From: a virus
Taxonomy: Duplodnaviria; Caudoviricetes
Virus record (IMG/VR): IMGVR_UViG_3300006929_000018
Location: 1-55,527 of that record
Length of the DNA stretch: 55,527 nucleotides
Reading direction: 5' to 3' (one strand)
Shown piece by piece: positions 25,954-37,810 of this stretch. Below the pieces are notes generated by a model. It saw only the letters and a program-made list of their open reading frames with translations. It made no database searches and had not been told where the DNA came from. The translations under genes and the position numbers were made by a program. Every line of letters starts with the position of its first letter. Positions within the stretch are counted from its first letter, which is position 1.

Positions 25954-28900
25954 TTATCTTATTATTGGTGATTCTTTTTCAGAACTACCACCATATATAA
26001 CTTTTCTAACTTCCTTATGTGTTTGACCAAATGGAGCTACTTCGTACTTTAATTCTGTTTCCCATTTTGGCGTTCCTTTCTCTGCTAGATAAGAATCTCT
26101 TTTTTGAGTTTCTCCACTTATAGCGTAATCTACAGTATTACCTATATTTTGAGCTGTTCCGAAAGACGTAGGTATTATTGTATAATTTATAAATCTGTCT
26201 ACATCCGTCATTACATTAATATCTTTATTTAACTTTTTTAAATGTCTTAAAACTATATCATCTTCACCATCATCGTCTAAAGCTAATATTAATAAAGAAA
26301 CTACACCAGCTAATCCTATACCCCTTATATAAGCTCCCATTTCTTTTTGTTGGTCCTCTCCAAGTTTGTCATATTCTTCTTTAAATGTAGCCATAGATAT
26401 ATCTCCATTAGTAAACCTACTCCATAAAGAAGATACATAACCACCAGCTGTTGTATAACTACCAGATTGAACTTCACCAAATCTATCTATATCACGCTGT
26501 TGGAATCTATCTCCCACCAATGTAAAATACCATTTTTTAAATTGTAAAGCAGCTCTACCTAAAGCGTAAGTACCCAACATTCTTCCGTCTAAAGCAGTGT
26601 ATCCCTCACCATGTAATGTAGATATTTTGTGATTTATCTGTCTAACTCTTTCTTGTGTAATTTCTCCTGAGCTATATTCTTCTTCTGTTAACATTCCCAA
26701 GAAAGCAGCTCCTTGTATATAATTTTCTGATTTATCCATAAAGAAAAACGACAATCTTTCTATCTTACCAAAAGCTCCTTTTTTATTATCTAAATGAACA
26801 AAATCACTAAAGCTATATTCTACTATTCTATGCTTTTTTAATATCTCTTGAGAATAGTTCCAATCTTGAAAATATCTTTTTTCTCCAACAACTAATTGTT
26901 TACCACCACGTTTACGGTACTCTTGATATTTACCAGCTAATATATTACCTACCGCGACCAACGGATTAAAACCTAAATATCTTAATGTAGTTAATCTAAC
27001 TAACCAATCTAATATCTTTTCTGCAGTATTAAGTTTTGGTCTTTTCTTTTCTAAGAAAGACTCTTTCCACCATCTTGTTAAATATTCGGCTGCATTTTTA
27101 TTACCATTTTCTTTATTAAACTGTATAATTGAATCTACTAACACCGACATGTTTTTCATTCCTACAAATGGATTTTCTTTTAGATTTATAGCATTACCAT
27201 AGTTATCTCTTTGTACGTCTCCATACTTAAATAAAGTACCTCTAATAAATTCTAATAGAGCTCCATTTAAATCCATAGACATGTGTTCAAATTCTGTAGC
27301 TTGTCTTCTTCTGTATTCTTCTATTAAAGCCTTGTCTGCTTCTGTAAGTTTGTCAGGAGATATTCCTTCTGCCATTTTTGATATAGCGTCACCGTCATTT
27401 AATAAGGCGTCTATTTCTGCGTCAGTTAAAACTATTTTACTACCGTCTTCATTTATACCCTGTTGTTTTAATTTCGTAGCTCTACGTTTCAGTTTTTCTA
27501 ATATAGCAGCGTTTGCTATTCTTTCTTTTGCTGTACCAGCACTTTTTAAGTATGTTCTTATGCTACTTAAAGACATTAGAACTTCTGTTCCGTTTATATC
27601 ATGATATAATTTAACATTTTCTACATTCATGTTTTTACCCATTCTCATATCATATAATCCAAATAATCCTTCTTTGCTAAACATTTCTAAATCACCCATC
27701 TGTATATTTTTTACAGCGTCTATTCTTTCTTGCCTTATAATGTTTCCAAACTTATCGTTCATTTCTCTATACAAATTCCAATAATCGTACTCTTCTTTAG
27801 TAATCTCACTTTTTTTATTTTTCATTTCTTCTGCAGAAATTAAAGTTATTCTACCTCCTTTTTCTCTATTGGTTATGTTACCATATAAAGTTTCATATCT
27901 TTCTGTCATATTCATTTGACCCTTTATCTTCTCTATAAGACCAATACCTTTAAGTTTAGATTCTATAAGTTTATCATGAGCTGCGTTTATTTCATTCGTA
28001 TACATTCTGTATCTAGATAAATAATTGTAGTAATTTTTTTCTATTTCATTTATCATATATTGTATCTCAGGTCTTCTAGATGTCATATTGTTAGACCCCA
28101 TCCATTTTCTTAACCATGATATATCTTCATTTTTAGAAGGCTTAACAAAATCATAGTTTTGTAAATCTGCTTTTTCTTGTAAATACTTTGTCTGTTTTTC
28201 AAATGCTCTTTGTGCTATTTCTTTTCTAATAATATGTTTAGCTCTATTAGTAGCAGAACTATCTAATCTATCTAACTTAGTCATAGCGTCATATAGATAT
28301 TCATCATCATGTTTTTGTAAAGATTCTAAATTTAATTTATCCGCTGTTAAATCTTCTGCTATTTCGTAATCTATTACATATTGAGAATACCTATCTTTTA
28401 ACCTTTTATAAATTAAACTATCTTTTTTGATAGAACCCATTGTAATACCCTTGTCTTCTACCCATTCTTTAAAAGATAATAAATCATTACTATCCATATA
28501 TTCTTTACCTTCACTTGTATATCTATTAAAAGCTTTTTTAGCTCTTTTAACTTCATCCGCAGCAGAAACATCCTGTATTTTATATATGTATATAGGTTTT
28601 TCTCCTTTTATAAAAGCTTTGTGATATTTATTTCCATTTTCTTTTATATCATCATAATTATCATATCCTTCACTACGAGCCCAAGAATCAAGATTTTTTA
28701 TGTCATCTATACTATTTCTTTTTATAGGAGGGCTAATACGTACCAGAGTATTTCCAGGTTTTATTAATTTAGTTATATCATTACCTGTATCATTATATGT
28801 ATTATAGCCATGACTAATAGTTTTTTTATTACCTGCTATTATAGCTTCTTCTTCTACAATATCTAGTGTCATTTTACCCACAACACCCTCTTCTTCTTTT

Positions 28901-31900
28901 ATTTGTTTACTTCTTTCTTCTAACTGTCTATCTATATTTATATCTCTTTGTTTTTCTTCCTGTATTCTTTCTTCTATTGATTCAATAAAACCTATAACAT
29001 CAACATTAGGACTTATTCTTTCTTGCATAGAATTTATAGTATTATCCATATATTGATTTATTTTACCTATAAACTTATCAGAAAATAAAGGAGATAAAGA
29101 ATCTTCTTTGAATCCAAATTCAAAAAACTTATATTCAATATTAAACATTAAAATTTGTTCTCTTTCTTTCAAATCATTAAATCCATTTCTCATTTGTTGT
29201 ATTTCTGATTCTGTAATAAATTCATTTAATAGTTGTTTATTTAAAACTACTTGTTCACGACCCTTACTATTTTTTACAATTTTCATAGATTTAAAAAACG
29301 TATTGTCTGGATTGGACTTCATAACCTTTTTTAATTCTTGTATTAATCTACTTTTAGTTAAATTAGGATATATAATATCTGTCATATTTTCTAACATTTT
29401 ATCAGATATTATTTTGTTGATTATTTTATTTTTTTGGTCCTTACTTTTGTATAGTAATCCTTTTTTATTATTATAAACTTCTTCCATTATGGACTGCATA
29501 TAAGGAGTGTATCTTATATCTGTTACAGAAGCTCTATTTAACATCGTTTCAAATAAACCTAAAGCGTGTGTCATAATAGGATTTTCAAAAAGTCCTCCCA
29601 TATTTCTTTTTTCGTCTCCTCTTATGTCATTAATCTTTTTTACTACACTCATCAATTCTAAAGGATTCTTTTCTATAGATTGATGTACTGTAAACGCTTT
29701 ACCTACAGGTTGAGCTACATCTTTATTAAATTGTTCTAAGTTATATATAAGACTTAATGTTTTGATTTGTTCTTTTGATAAAATAGCTTTTTCCCTCATT
29801 CCTTCTGCTTCAAATTCATCATATATAAATTCAACTGTCTCAGGAGATTGCTTGCTTAACCAATTAATAAAGTCTGAACTCTTTTTACCAGGTTTCTTTT
29901 TTGTTCCTAGTAATTGTTGTATAGTGGAATCAGAAGAAACAAATCTTTTACCATCTGTTGTTTTCTGCCATTGGAAATACTTTTGTACAATATCAGATGT
30001 GTATATATCTTTACATTCTTGTAAAGAATATCCTAATCTTCTAAGCATTACAAATCCTGCTACTGATTGTTCGTTTAGTCCTAGTCTTTCTGCATACTGC
30101 CATTTAGCGTTGTCTAATACTATATTAAGTAACTGAGCTAATCCAAACCAATTTCCTACTCCGTTTTCAGCGTTTCTATCGTCATAAAATTTATCCACTT
30201 TTCTTCCGTTAATATCTACTTCAAAACCTAGTTCTACGCCACTAACAGAAAATATATTCAAACTTCTTTGTAAAGCAGCTACAATACCTACAAGAGCTTT
30301 TGTAGGAACATTTTCTTTAAATGTTTTAGAATCTCCATGAGGAGTTAGTTGAGAGTCTGTTTTAGGTCTTTCTTTTCCAATTACCTTTTCTACATCTTTT
30401 TGAAAGTCTATATTTGCTGTAATTTCTTTTCTTACATCTTCTCTACTAACTAAGTCTACATATAAATCAAAAAATTCATTACTATCATTTCTCCAATCAT
30501 CAGATGATTTTATTTCATTTTTGTTGTATTTGAAGTTCATATGTACTGAGTCTCCATCTAAGTCAGCTCCCCAATATGCGGATACTTCGGCTGGTATGGT
30601 TATTTTAGACGTAGGACTTCCTTTTAATTGTCCATGAAATCCTTTTACTATAAATACACTTGTACTTACTTTACCATGCGAAGGTATTCTAGTTCCTAAA
30701 AATAAGTCACCTTCTTTAACTCCTTGTTTTTGTAAATAACCAGGCACGTAAGCTTCTGAAACTACAACCTTTTTACCATCTATAGTTCTTTCTTCAAAAG
30801 CTTTTAATCCCATCCCCAATGAAGACGATTGATAAGCTATACTCCCTTTTGTGTACATTTTAGTTCCTTTCTTAGCTACCCTACCATTAGCTATAGAATT
30901 GTACACAGAGTTCATTGCAGGGTATCTACCGTCTAGATTGCCAAATATTGAAGCAACTAACTGACCAAATACCGCTGGGTCAACAGAACCTTCAAATTTT
31001 TCCATTTCTTTAAATACATCTTTAGTTTTGGCGTCAGGAGAAGTAATCATACCTTCATCTAAATTTCTTTCTTTGTTAGCTTTTTCCATTACATTTTTAC
31101 GAAGCTCTAACATTCTATTTAGAATTTCAAAGTCTTTAGGACTATTCATATTGTTTGCTAAATTGTAAAACAATTGTGACGGAAAATATCTTTCTTCTTT
31201 TTGTTTGTCTAACTCTAATTGTATACCTAATCCCTTTCCACTTAAACCATTAAACTCCCTGTTTATATCATTTTCTTCACCTATCATAAACAGTTCATCC
31301 TGACTTTTTAATATATTGTCTAAATTCTCTTTATTTAAATTCCTAACATCATATATATATTTGCTGCCTTTTTTTCCGTTAATTCCATCAAACCAAAGTT
31401 TAGCTGAAGATTCAGAAGCAGCTATTACTAAGTGACCATGAGAAAACATATCAACATATTCTAAATTTGGTATAGTAGCAGCGGCTATACTTGTGTTTCT
31501 TTCTCTTAATATATTCGCTATGTTTTTATGTATTTCACTTGTAGCTTCCATATCAGGAGTTAACACTTGTACAGCAAATTTTAGATACGTAGTATTACCA
31601 TCTTCTCCTCTATAATTATATACAAACTTATATACACCTCCTACATCTTTAACTCCACCATATTTTTCTGTAATTATTTTTGCTTGTTGTGGTAATATGT
31701 ACCCCGCTGCATCATTCTCTATCCAAGCTTCCACTCCTTTAGGTATTTCGTTTTCTGTATATATATTACCTTCTTTATCTACATAATAATCTTTTGTAAT
31801 AACAGGTTCAAATGATGTTGTGTGGTCGTATGTTGTATGAGAAGCAATAGTACCAGCTAATCTTTTTATATAATCTACTTCATCCTTCGCTTGTTTGTGG

Positions 31901-34900
31901 TCATACCCTAACAACTGTTGAGCCATAAATTTATTAGCTATATAACTTGTTAAAAAATTCTTACGCTGCTCTACTGTACTGTTATTCCAAGATGTATTGT
32001 TTTCTAACAAATCAGGATTTTTAAAAAGTTCTAATAGAAATTTATCATATATTTTATCTATTTCTTTAATTTTATAATTACCCTGTTTATCTTTTATAAC
32101 AGTATAAGGAAAAACCTTGTCTCCTTTTATATATTTGTCTTTTAACGCTGGATTATTATATAATGTTCCTAAAACTTTATTTCTACTAACTACATCTGTT
32201 ATAGCTATAGATTTAACATAATATCTTCTACTTTTATCAGAAAATGTTCCAATTACTTGGTCGTATAATACCGACTCTCCTGCTTTTGATTTTTGCACAG
32301 CATTAAGATAATTATACATATCTATAGTCATCATTTCCGCTGGGTCTATTTGTGTCATAGTTTTAGCTCCGTTGTCCCATCTTTCTACACTATCTTGACC
32401 TGGATAATATCTATACATACCAGAATGAACAGTTATGTCAAATGGATTATCCATTATATCTCCAGTTTGACCACCTATTAATATATCCGCCTCATATTTC
32501 TCTTGTATCATTAATGAAAAAATATTATTTTTTGGGTTGAATATACTTTTCTTTCTTTTGTCTATATTTAATATTTTTTCTACCGAATCATAAGCTTGGT
32601 TATGTAGAGCGTTATTATTATTAAATATACTAATACCGTCACCTGTTACGTTGTCTACAATAGACAAATAGTTCATAGGTCTAGACAACACTAATACTTC
32701 ACTTAAAACTTGTTTAAAAGATTGCAAATTGTTTTCAAAATAATCATAAGCTTTTGCCCTTTCGTTTACTTTAGTTGTCCATTTTTCTGTATTTTTATTA
32801 AACAACATAAACTTACTATTTTTAAGACTTATTCCTTGTAACCCTGATTGTCTTTCAAAAAATACATCAGTTAAATACATAGGCTTTCCATTCCATATTA
32901 TAGTTTCGTTTAATATAGCGTCTATATCTATTCTTTCAAATCCGTCTGTATTTTTAAATAATGTTTCTATTATAGCTACTACACCATCATTTTTAGAAAT
33001 TGAACTAAAATTATTTTCACTTACTTTATTATATATATTTTCTATCTCTGCTCTTTTTTGTTGTTTTTCCGCTTCTGTAGAATTAGTCCAACTGTCTATC
33101 ATTCTAGTTATAACACTTTGTTCTGTTGTTCTGCTTAATAAAACCCTATCTTGCCACAAATATTCTCCAGTATCTTTGATAAGTAATCTATCTCCCTGTA
33201 ATCTTTCAATTACCATACTTTGAAATATATTAGATATTTGTAATAATTTAGCGTCTGTATAGTTTTGATTTTCAAATACTTTATTATCTAATATAGATAA
33301 CATTTGCTGTATTTCAACAGAGTTACTTTCTCTAACCATTCGTATAAAATCTTCTGGATTTCTTTTAACGGATTTAGCTAAACTATATAATTGATACATT
33401 AATTTTTTTCTTTCAAAAGGAGATTCAGATTTTACATTATATATTTCCGCTACAGCTTTGAAAAAATTAGTTAAAGTTTTAGGCATATTCATGTTCTTTA
33501 ACTCTTCGTTATGTAAATCCGCTTGATTTAAATCTGTCTCATCGTTAAGCTCCTCCTCTTCAAATTGTATCATTAATTGTTTACCTTCCTCGGTTTCTAA
33601 TCCTATTCCTTTTTCTTTTACTATAGCTTCCAATAATAATTTATCACTATTAGCTAAATTCTTTTTATATTTAGGATTAGTCGTATATAATACCGCTCGT
33701 ATATATTGTTTTAATTGTTCTATCTTTTTATCTTCTAGAGATTCTGAATTTATTAATCCAGATTTATTTATTCTTTTTATTACATTATCCACTATTTGTT
33801 CGTCTTCCAAACCTTTGCCTAATTCATAATTTAAAAACGTATGAACTAACGCATATTCTGTAGCTTTTCTAAACGCTGCTTTTTTAGCTCTTTTTATTTC
33901 TCCATAACCTGAGTTTTTGATAACACCTTTTTTACCGAAGTTTAAGAGTACGTGTTTCATTGCAGCTTCTAATGTAAGGGTAGGTAATACATCGTCTACT
34001 TTATTTAAAAATTCCCTAGCTTCTTCATCCGTAGCAAGGTTTTTAGTTTCTTTATAAAATTTAACTAAATCTTCTTCTAATTGTTTTTGTACTTTACTGT
34101 CTTTTATAATTGCGTTTAACGAACCATAACTATTAGCTTCTAATGACCTTACGAAAGATTCTTCCAGTAAGTGTTTCTGTTTCAAATTGCTTAATTTTTT
34201 AGCTATAGCTCCACCCCTTCTTTTAGTAGTAAGTTGTGTAATAAGAGACACATATAACTCTGATGTTTTTGTATCGTCTACACCTTCATTTTTTACAATA
34301 TTTGTTATAATATCTTTTATATCACTTTGTATGTTATTGTTGTTATTTATAATACCTTTCTGTAATTCTACGAAAGTTCCTACTGTCATTACAGTTCCGT
34401 CTATATCAATTAATGTTAATTCTGGATATTGTATAGAAGTTAAATCAAATATATCTGACTTTACTAAAAGTTTGTTAATTCTTTTGATTAATGGTGATTC
34501 CTCTTGCATTCTATACCAAACGTGACCACCTTCATGTATTATATCTGTGCCTACTGTACCACCTTCTTTTATAAGTAATGTACTACCTATAGCTAATGAA
34601 ACAGCTTCATTTCCAAAAGCATCTAAAAGTTGCCCACTAATTACATACGCTTGGTCTGCTGGTATTAGATTTTTTTCTAATAGTTTTTGCAGCATAACAT
34701 ATTCTCCTAACCCAGCGTTTGTATATACTTCATGGTTTCTTCTAGGTACAGCTCCATCATATTTTTTGAATGTATTATCTTCACTAGGCTTAGTTATCTT
34801 ATCTTTTATTTTAGATTTAATTTTTTTAAAACCTGATACAATCTTTTCTTTTGTTTCTTTGACTTTTTCTTTTACTGTTGTAGTTTTCTTAGCTCTTGTT

Positions 34901-37809
34901 ATTTGCTCGTCTTTAACATCATAATCCCTATATTCAATAGTACCTATTACTTGTCCATCTACTTCAGCTACCATTTTATATTGGTATAAATCATTATTGA
35001 ATTGAAAAAATAATTGTCCGTCTATTTTAATTACATCTTTTCCACCTTCTTTTGGTAAAATTAATTTTATTTTGACTGGTATATTATCTTGATTTATATA
35101 TCTAGCTAAGAAATTATTTATAGTTTCGTTACCTACTTTACCCTCTCTATTGTAGAATTTTATTTTACTACCTTTACTATCTGTAATAGTATAACTACTA
35201 CCTCCTTTTGTAGGTACAATAGATTTAGCTCCTACTATAATTTCACCACCTTTTTTAGCTATAGTTTCGGCTAATTTTTTTACTTTTTCTAATATTGGAA
35301 TTTTTTTACGAACCTTTTCAGACTTAGGTTCTTCAGGTAATTTTAATTGTTTTTGTTCAGTTTCTGCTTTTTTTTTACCTGTATCTTGCTTTGATGACCA
35401 GTCTGCCCAAGACTCTGTTATAGTTCCGTCTTGTTTTCCTTTAAGATATTCTTCTGCTTTTTTATAAACGTCAGGTGTAACTCCAGCCATACCTTTCATT
35501 TTCTTTTTCAGTTCATTAAAAGCTCTTTTTATTTGTTGTGGAGTTTTTGATTTCTTTAGTATTCTTTCAGTTCTATCTACAGCGTCAGATACATTTTTTT
35601 CAACAACTTTTGTTCTTTTTCCTGTTAAATCTTGTACCGCTTCTACTCCTTTTTTACCTACACTTTTTACCGTTTTAACTCCCTTTTTAGCCACTCCTTT
35701 TATGGCGTCAATAGCTTTACCTAAAAATCCTTTAGAGTCTTGTTCTTTTTGATATTGTTTATATTCCTGTACAGTCATGCCAGCTTCTTTAGCTTGTTTA
35801 GCTGTCATTCTTTCTTGACCTTTTTGTGTGTATTGTTCGTACTCTTCTGATGTAAGTCTTTCTTTATATCTTTTGTCTACCTTTCCTTCTTTTGTTAAAA
35901 TTTCTTCTTTTTGTAAATAAAAATTTTCTATTTCGTTTTTAAGTTTTTTTTCTTCAACTTGTAATTCATTTAGAGCAGATTTCTCTTCATTATTTATTTT
36001 GTTAATAACAGATTGTTGTTTTTCTTTAGAAACATTTTGTTTTACCTTTTTTCTTTTTTCTTCATAGATTGACTTTACTTGTTCTTGTTGTGAATTATTT
36101 CTTGTTAATCTATTTTCTCTGTAAAAAACCTGTTTTGCTCCAGATTCAGTAAGAGTTGTGTTAACAGAATGTTTATCATAATTTTCTACCATTCTGTCTA
36201 TAGTCTTAAAAATATTGTCTCTACCTTCTTCTGTTAACTTTCCTTCTTCTACTTGTTTTTCTATAACTCCTTTCATAACAGTTCCATCACCATTATGATT
36301 CCACACGTGGTCCGCAACTAATTCATCAGATAGATTTTGATAATCTCTCATTACTTCTGGATTGTATGTTCCGTCTTCGTTTAGTAATCTTAACTGTTCT
36401 GTTTTTTGTAATTTTTCATCTAACATTTTAGACCTCTCTGCTTGAGCATCTACAGCTCCTCTAGTACCACCCATTGCCGCTCCTAAACCTACAGATGTCC
36501 AGAATATATCTCTAGCTTCTTTTGTAAATGTACCGTCAGCATTTGTTATCCAGTCTGTATAAGATTCGTAATCTTTACCTTGTTCTTCTTGTAAGTTTGC
36601 GTATTTTATCCATTCTTGATATGTTTCTTGTAATCCTTCTGTATATCCCTCTACACCCGCATAAGCTCCCGCTGTAGGTAATACAGTCCCAGCTCTTCCT
36701 AATAATGGTTTTATGATACCAGCTATACTTTTGCTAAATCCTGCTGGTTCTGGACTAAGTCTAGCTATTTTACTCATTTTAAAGTTTTTACCAAGGCCTC
36801 CAAATAATATACCATATTGCACAACATCTAACGCAGCCCATTTGGCATTATCCCAAACAACTCCACTAGCAGCATTTGCAGCTTGTTCTTTACTTAATCC
36901 CATTTTTATACCCTGACTATATGTTTCTCCTCCTAAGTAAGCTCCTTCAAATAAATTGGCTGTTATACCCCCTCCAATTGCTCCTGTCCATCTTTCAGCT
37001 CCTTTTGTTAGTACCATTCCTTTTTTACCAGCATCTATTGCGATATGTTTAGCTAGTCCACTTCCTCCTACTCTGTTAGTACCATATAATAATTTTGCAA
37101 CTTTAGAACCCTGTTGTGTTGTAGCAACCATTCTTCCTGCTTGACCTATTCTTCCTGTCTTAGCTAATCCTATAAGTGCTCTACCCCCAAATCTAGTAGC
37201 AGCAAAAGCTCCACCTCCATACGGTATCATAAATGAAGCCGCGTATGGTAATAACCTAGCAACTTTATGTGACCAAAATTCTGCCTTAAACATATCTGTA
37301 AATGTAAGGTCTTGTAAATCTTCTGATACAATTAATAAATTTTCATTTTGAAACTCTTGGCCTTTTTTCTTTAACCATTCTCCCACTGATGTATTAGGGT
37401 CTGGGTCATTAGGACTTACTAAAGCAGATAGATAATCTATTGTATCTCCTGTTCCATACACTAAATCTCCCCATCCCGCTCTTAAGGCTCTACCTGTGTC
37501 TGATACAAAATCACCCATAACTGCATCAGGGTCGGTCATATATAAACTTCCTGTTTCTACGTCACCTCTCATAGGGTCTACTAAACCTTGTGTAAGGTTT
37601 TCTCTCATTTGACCTTGAGCAACGCTTCTATAATAGTTGTCTATATTTTGTTGTTGTTGCACTTCTTGTTCACTAGGACCTAGTAAACTTTGAAATATTT
37701 CTGATGTACTCTGTGCGTTGTCATATCCCTGTATAGCTTCTGATGGTAATTGTACATTTGGGTCTAAATCACCACTAGGTAAATATGTTTCTTCGTATTT
37801 TTCAGCCAT
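25954..37809 (-). CDS. giant virion RNA polymerase polyprotein (crAss-like two-barrel RNAP)
   Basis: GADLDGD (DLDGD at 30550-30564), upstream RIPSHG, NDAAGYI, YKFVY, YLKFA and ESSAK motifs; HEGGH zincin motif at 34522-34536. Confidence 0.88.
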   Translation of the reverse strand: MAEKYEETYLPSGDLDPNVQLPSEAIQGYDNAQSTSEIFQSLLGPSEQEVQQQQNIDNYYRSVAQGQMRENLTQGLVDPMRGDVETGSLYMTDPDAVMGDFVSDTGRALRAGWGDLVYGTGDTIDYLSALVSPNDPDPNTSVGEWLKKKGQEFQNENLLIVSEDLQDLTFTDMFKAEFWSHKVARLLPYAASFMIPYGGGAFAATRFGGRALIGLAKTGRIGQAGRMVATTQQGSKVAKLLYGTNRVGGSGLAKHIAIDAGKKGMVLTKGAERWTGAIGGGITANLFEGAYLGGETYSQGIKMGLSKEQAANAASGVVWDNAKWAALDVVQYGILFGGLGKNFKMSKIARLSPEPAGFSKSIAGIIKPLLGRAGTVLPTAGAYAGVEGYTEGLQETYQEWIKYANLQEEQGKDYESYTDWITNADGTFTKEARDIFWTSVGLGAAMGGTRGAVDAQAERSKMLDEKLQKTEQLRLLNEDGTYNPEVMRDYQNLSDELVADHVWNHNGDGTVMKGVIEKQVEEGKLTEEGRDNIFKTIDRMVENYDKHSVNTTLTESGAKQVFYRENRLTRNNSQQEQVKSIYEEKRKKVKQNVSKEKQQSVINKINNEEKSALNELQVEEKKLKNEIENFYLQKEEILTKEGKVDKRYKERLTSEEYEQYTQKGQERMTAKQAKEAGMTVQEYKQYQKEQDSKGFLGKAIDAIKGVAKKGVKTVKSVGKKGVEAVQDLTGKRTKVVEKNVSDAVDRTERILKKSKTPQQIKRAFNELKKKMKGMAGVTPDVYKKAEEYLKGKQDGTITESWADWSSKQDTGKKKAETEQKQLKLPEEPKSEKVRKKIPILEKVKKLAETIAKKGGEIIVGAKSIVPTKGGSSYTITDSKGSKIKFYNREGKVGNETINNFLARYINQDNIPVKIKLILPKEGGKDVIKIDGQLFFQFNNDLYQYKMVAEVDGQVIGTIEYRDYDVKDEQITRAKKTTTVKEKVKETKEKIVSGFKKIKSKIKDKITKPSEDNTFKKYDGAVPRRNHEVYTNAGLGEYVMLQKLLEKNLIPADQAYVISGQLLDAFGNEAVSLAIGSTLLIKEGGTVGTDIIHEGGHVWYRMQEESPLIKRINKLLVKSDIFDLTSIQYPELTLIDIDGTVMTVGTFVELQKGIINNNNNIQSDIKDIITNIVKNEGVDDTKTSELYVSLITQLTTKRRGGAIAKKLSNLKQKHLLEESFVRSLEANSYGSLNAIIKDSKVQKQLEEDLVKFYKETKNLATDEEAREFLNKVDDVLPTLTLEAAMKHVLLNFGKKGVIKNSGYGEIKRAKKAAFRKATEYALVHTFLNYELGKGLEDEQIVDNVIKRINKSGLINSESLEDKKIEQLKQYIRAVLYTTNPKYKKNLANSDKLLLEAIVKEKGIGLETEEGKQLMIQFEEEELNDETDLNQADLHNEELKNMNMPKTLTNFFKAVAEIYNVKSESPFERKKLMYQLYSLAKSVKRNPEDFIRMVRESNSVEIQQMLSILDNKVFENQNYTDAKLLQISNIFQSMVIERLQGDRLLIKDTGEYLWQDRVLLSRTTEQSVITRMIDSWTNSTEAEKQQKRAEIENIYNKVSENNFSSISKNDGVVAIIETLFKNTDGFERIDIDAILNETIIWNGKPMYLTDVFFERQSGLQGISLKNSKFMLFNKNTEKWTTKVNERAKAYDYFENNLQSFKQVLSEVLVLSRPMNYLSIVDNVTGDGISIFNNNNALHNQAYDSVEKILNIDKRKKSIFNPKNNIFSLMIQEKYEADILIGGQTGDIMDNPFDITVHSGMYRYYPGQDSVERWDNGAKTMTQIDPAEMMTIDMYNYLNAVQKSKAGESVLYDQVIGTFSDKSRRYYVKSIAITDVVSRNKVLGTLYNNPALKDKYIKGDKVFPYTVIKDKQGNYKIKEIDKIYDKFLLELFKNPDLLENNTSWNNSTVEQRKNFLTSYIANKFMAQQLLGYDHKQAKDEVDYIKRLAGTIASHTTYDHTTSFEPVITKDYYVDKEGNIYTENEIPKGVEAWIENDAAGYILPQQAKIITEKYGGVKDVGGVYKFVYNYRGEDGNTTYLKFAVQVLTPDMEATSEIHKNIANILRERNTSIAAATIPNLEYVDMFSHGHLVIAASESSAKLWFDGINGKKGSKYIYDVRNLNKENLDNILKSQDELFMIGEENDINREFNGLSGKGLGIQLELDKQKEERYFPSQLFYNLANNMNSPKDFEILNRMLELRKNVMEKANKERNLDEGMITSPDAKTKDVFKEMEKFEGSVDPAVFGQLVASIFGNLDGRYPAMNSVYNSIANGRVAKKGTKMYTKGSIAYQSSSLGMGLKAFEERTIDGKKVVVSEAYVPGYLQKQGVKEGDLFLGTRIPSHGKVSTSVFIVKGFHGQLKGSPTSKITIPAEVSAYWGADLDGDSVHMNFKYNKNEIKSSDDWRNDSNEFFDLYVDLVSREDVRKEITANIDFQKDVEKVIGKERPKTDSQLTPHGDSKTFKENVPTKALVGIVAALQRSLNIFSVSGVELGFEVDINGRKVDKFYDDRNAENGVGNWFGLAQLLNIVLDNAKWQYAERLGLNEQSVAGFVMLRRLGYSLQECKDIYTSDIVQKYFQWQKTTDGKRFVSSDSTIQQLLGTKKKPGKKSSDFINWLSKQSPETVEFIYDEFEAEGMREKAILSKEQIKTLSLIYNLEQFNKDVAQPVGKAFTVHQSIEKNPLELMSVVKKINDIRGDEKRNMGGLFENPIMTHALGLFETMLNRASVTDIRYTPYMQSIMEEVYNNKKGLLYKSKDQKNKIINKIISDKMLENMTDIIYPNLTKSRLIQELKKVMKSNPDNTFFKSMKIVKNSKGREQVVLNKQLLNEFITESEIQQMRNGFNDLKEREQILMFNIEYKFFEFGFKEDSLSPLFSDKFIGKINQYMDNTINSMQERISPNVDVIGFIESIEERIQEEKQRDINIDRQLEERSKQIKEEEGVVGKMTLDIVEEEAIIAGNKKTISHGYNTYNDTGNDITKLIKPGNTLVRISPPIKRNSIDDIKNLDSWARSEGYDNYDDIKENGNKYHKAFIKGEKPIYIYKIQDVSAADEVKRAKKAFNRYTSEGKEYMDSNDLLSFKEWVEDKGITMGSIKKDSLIYKRLKDRYSQYVIDYEIAEDLTADKLNLESLQKHDDEYLYDAMTKLDRLDSSATNRAKHIIRKEIAQRAFEKQTKYLQEKADLQNYDFVKPSKNEDISWLRKWMGSNNMTSRRPEIQYMINEIEKNYYNYLSRYRMYTNEINAAHDKLIESKLKGIGLIEKIKGQMNMTERYETLYGNITNREKGGRITLISAEEMKNKKSEITKEEYDYWNLYREMNDKFGNIIRQERIDAVKNIQMGDLEMFSKEGLFGLYDMRMGKNMNVENVKLYHDINGTEVLMSLSSIRTYLKSAGTAKERIANAAILEKLKRRATKLKQQGINEDGSKIVLTDAEIDALLNDGDAISKMAEGISPDKLTEADKALIEEYRRRQATEFEHMSMDLNGALLEFIRGTLFKYGDVQRDNYGNAINLKENPFVGMKNMSVLVDSIIQFNKENGNKNAAEYLTRWWKESFLEKKRPKLNTAEKILDWLVRLTTLRYLGFNPLVAVGNILAGKYQEYRKRGGKQLVVGEKRYFQDWNYSQEILKKHRIVEYSFSDFVHLDNKKGAFGKIERLSFFFMDKSENYIQGAAFLGMLTEEEYSSGEITQERVRQINHKISTLHGEGYTALDGRMLGTYALGRAALQFKKWYFTLVGDRFQQRDIDRFGEVQSGSYTTAGGYVSSLWSRFTNGDISMATFKEEYDKLGEDQQKEMGAYIRGIGLAGVVSLLILALDDDGEDDIVLRHLKKLNKDINVMTDVDRFINYTIIPTSFGTAQNIGNTVDYAISGETQKRDSYLAEKGTPKWETELKYEVAPFGQTHKEVRKVIYGGSSEKESPIIR

Positions 37810-37810
37810 G

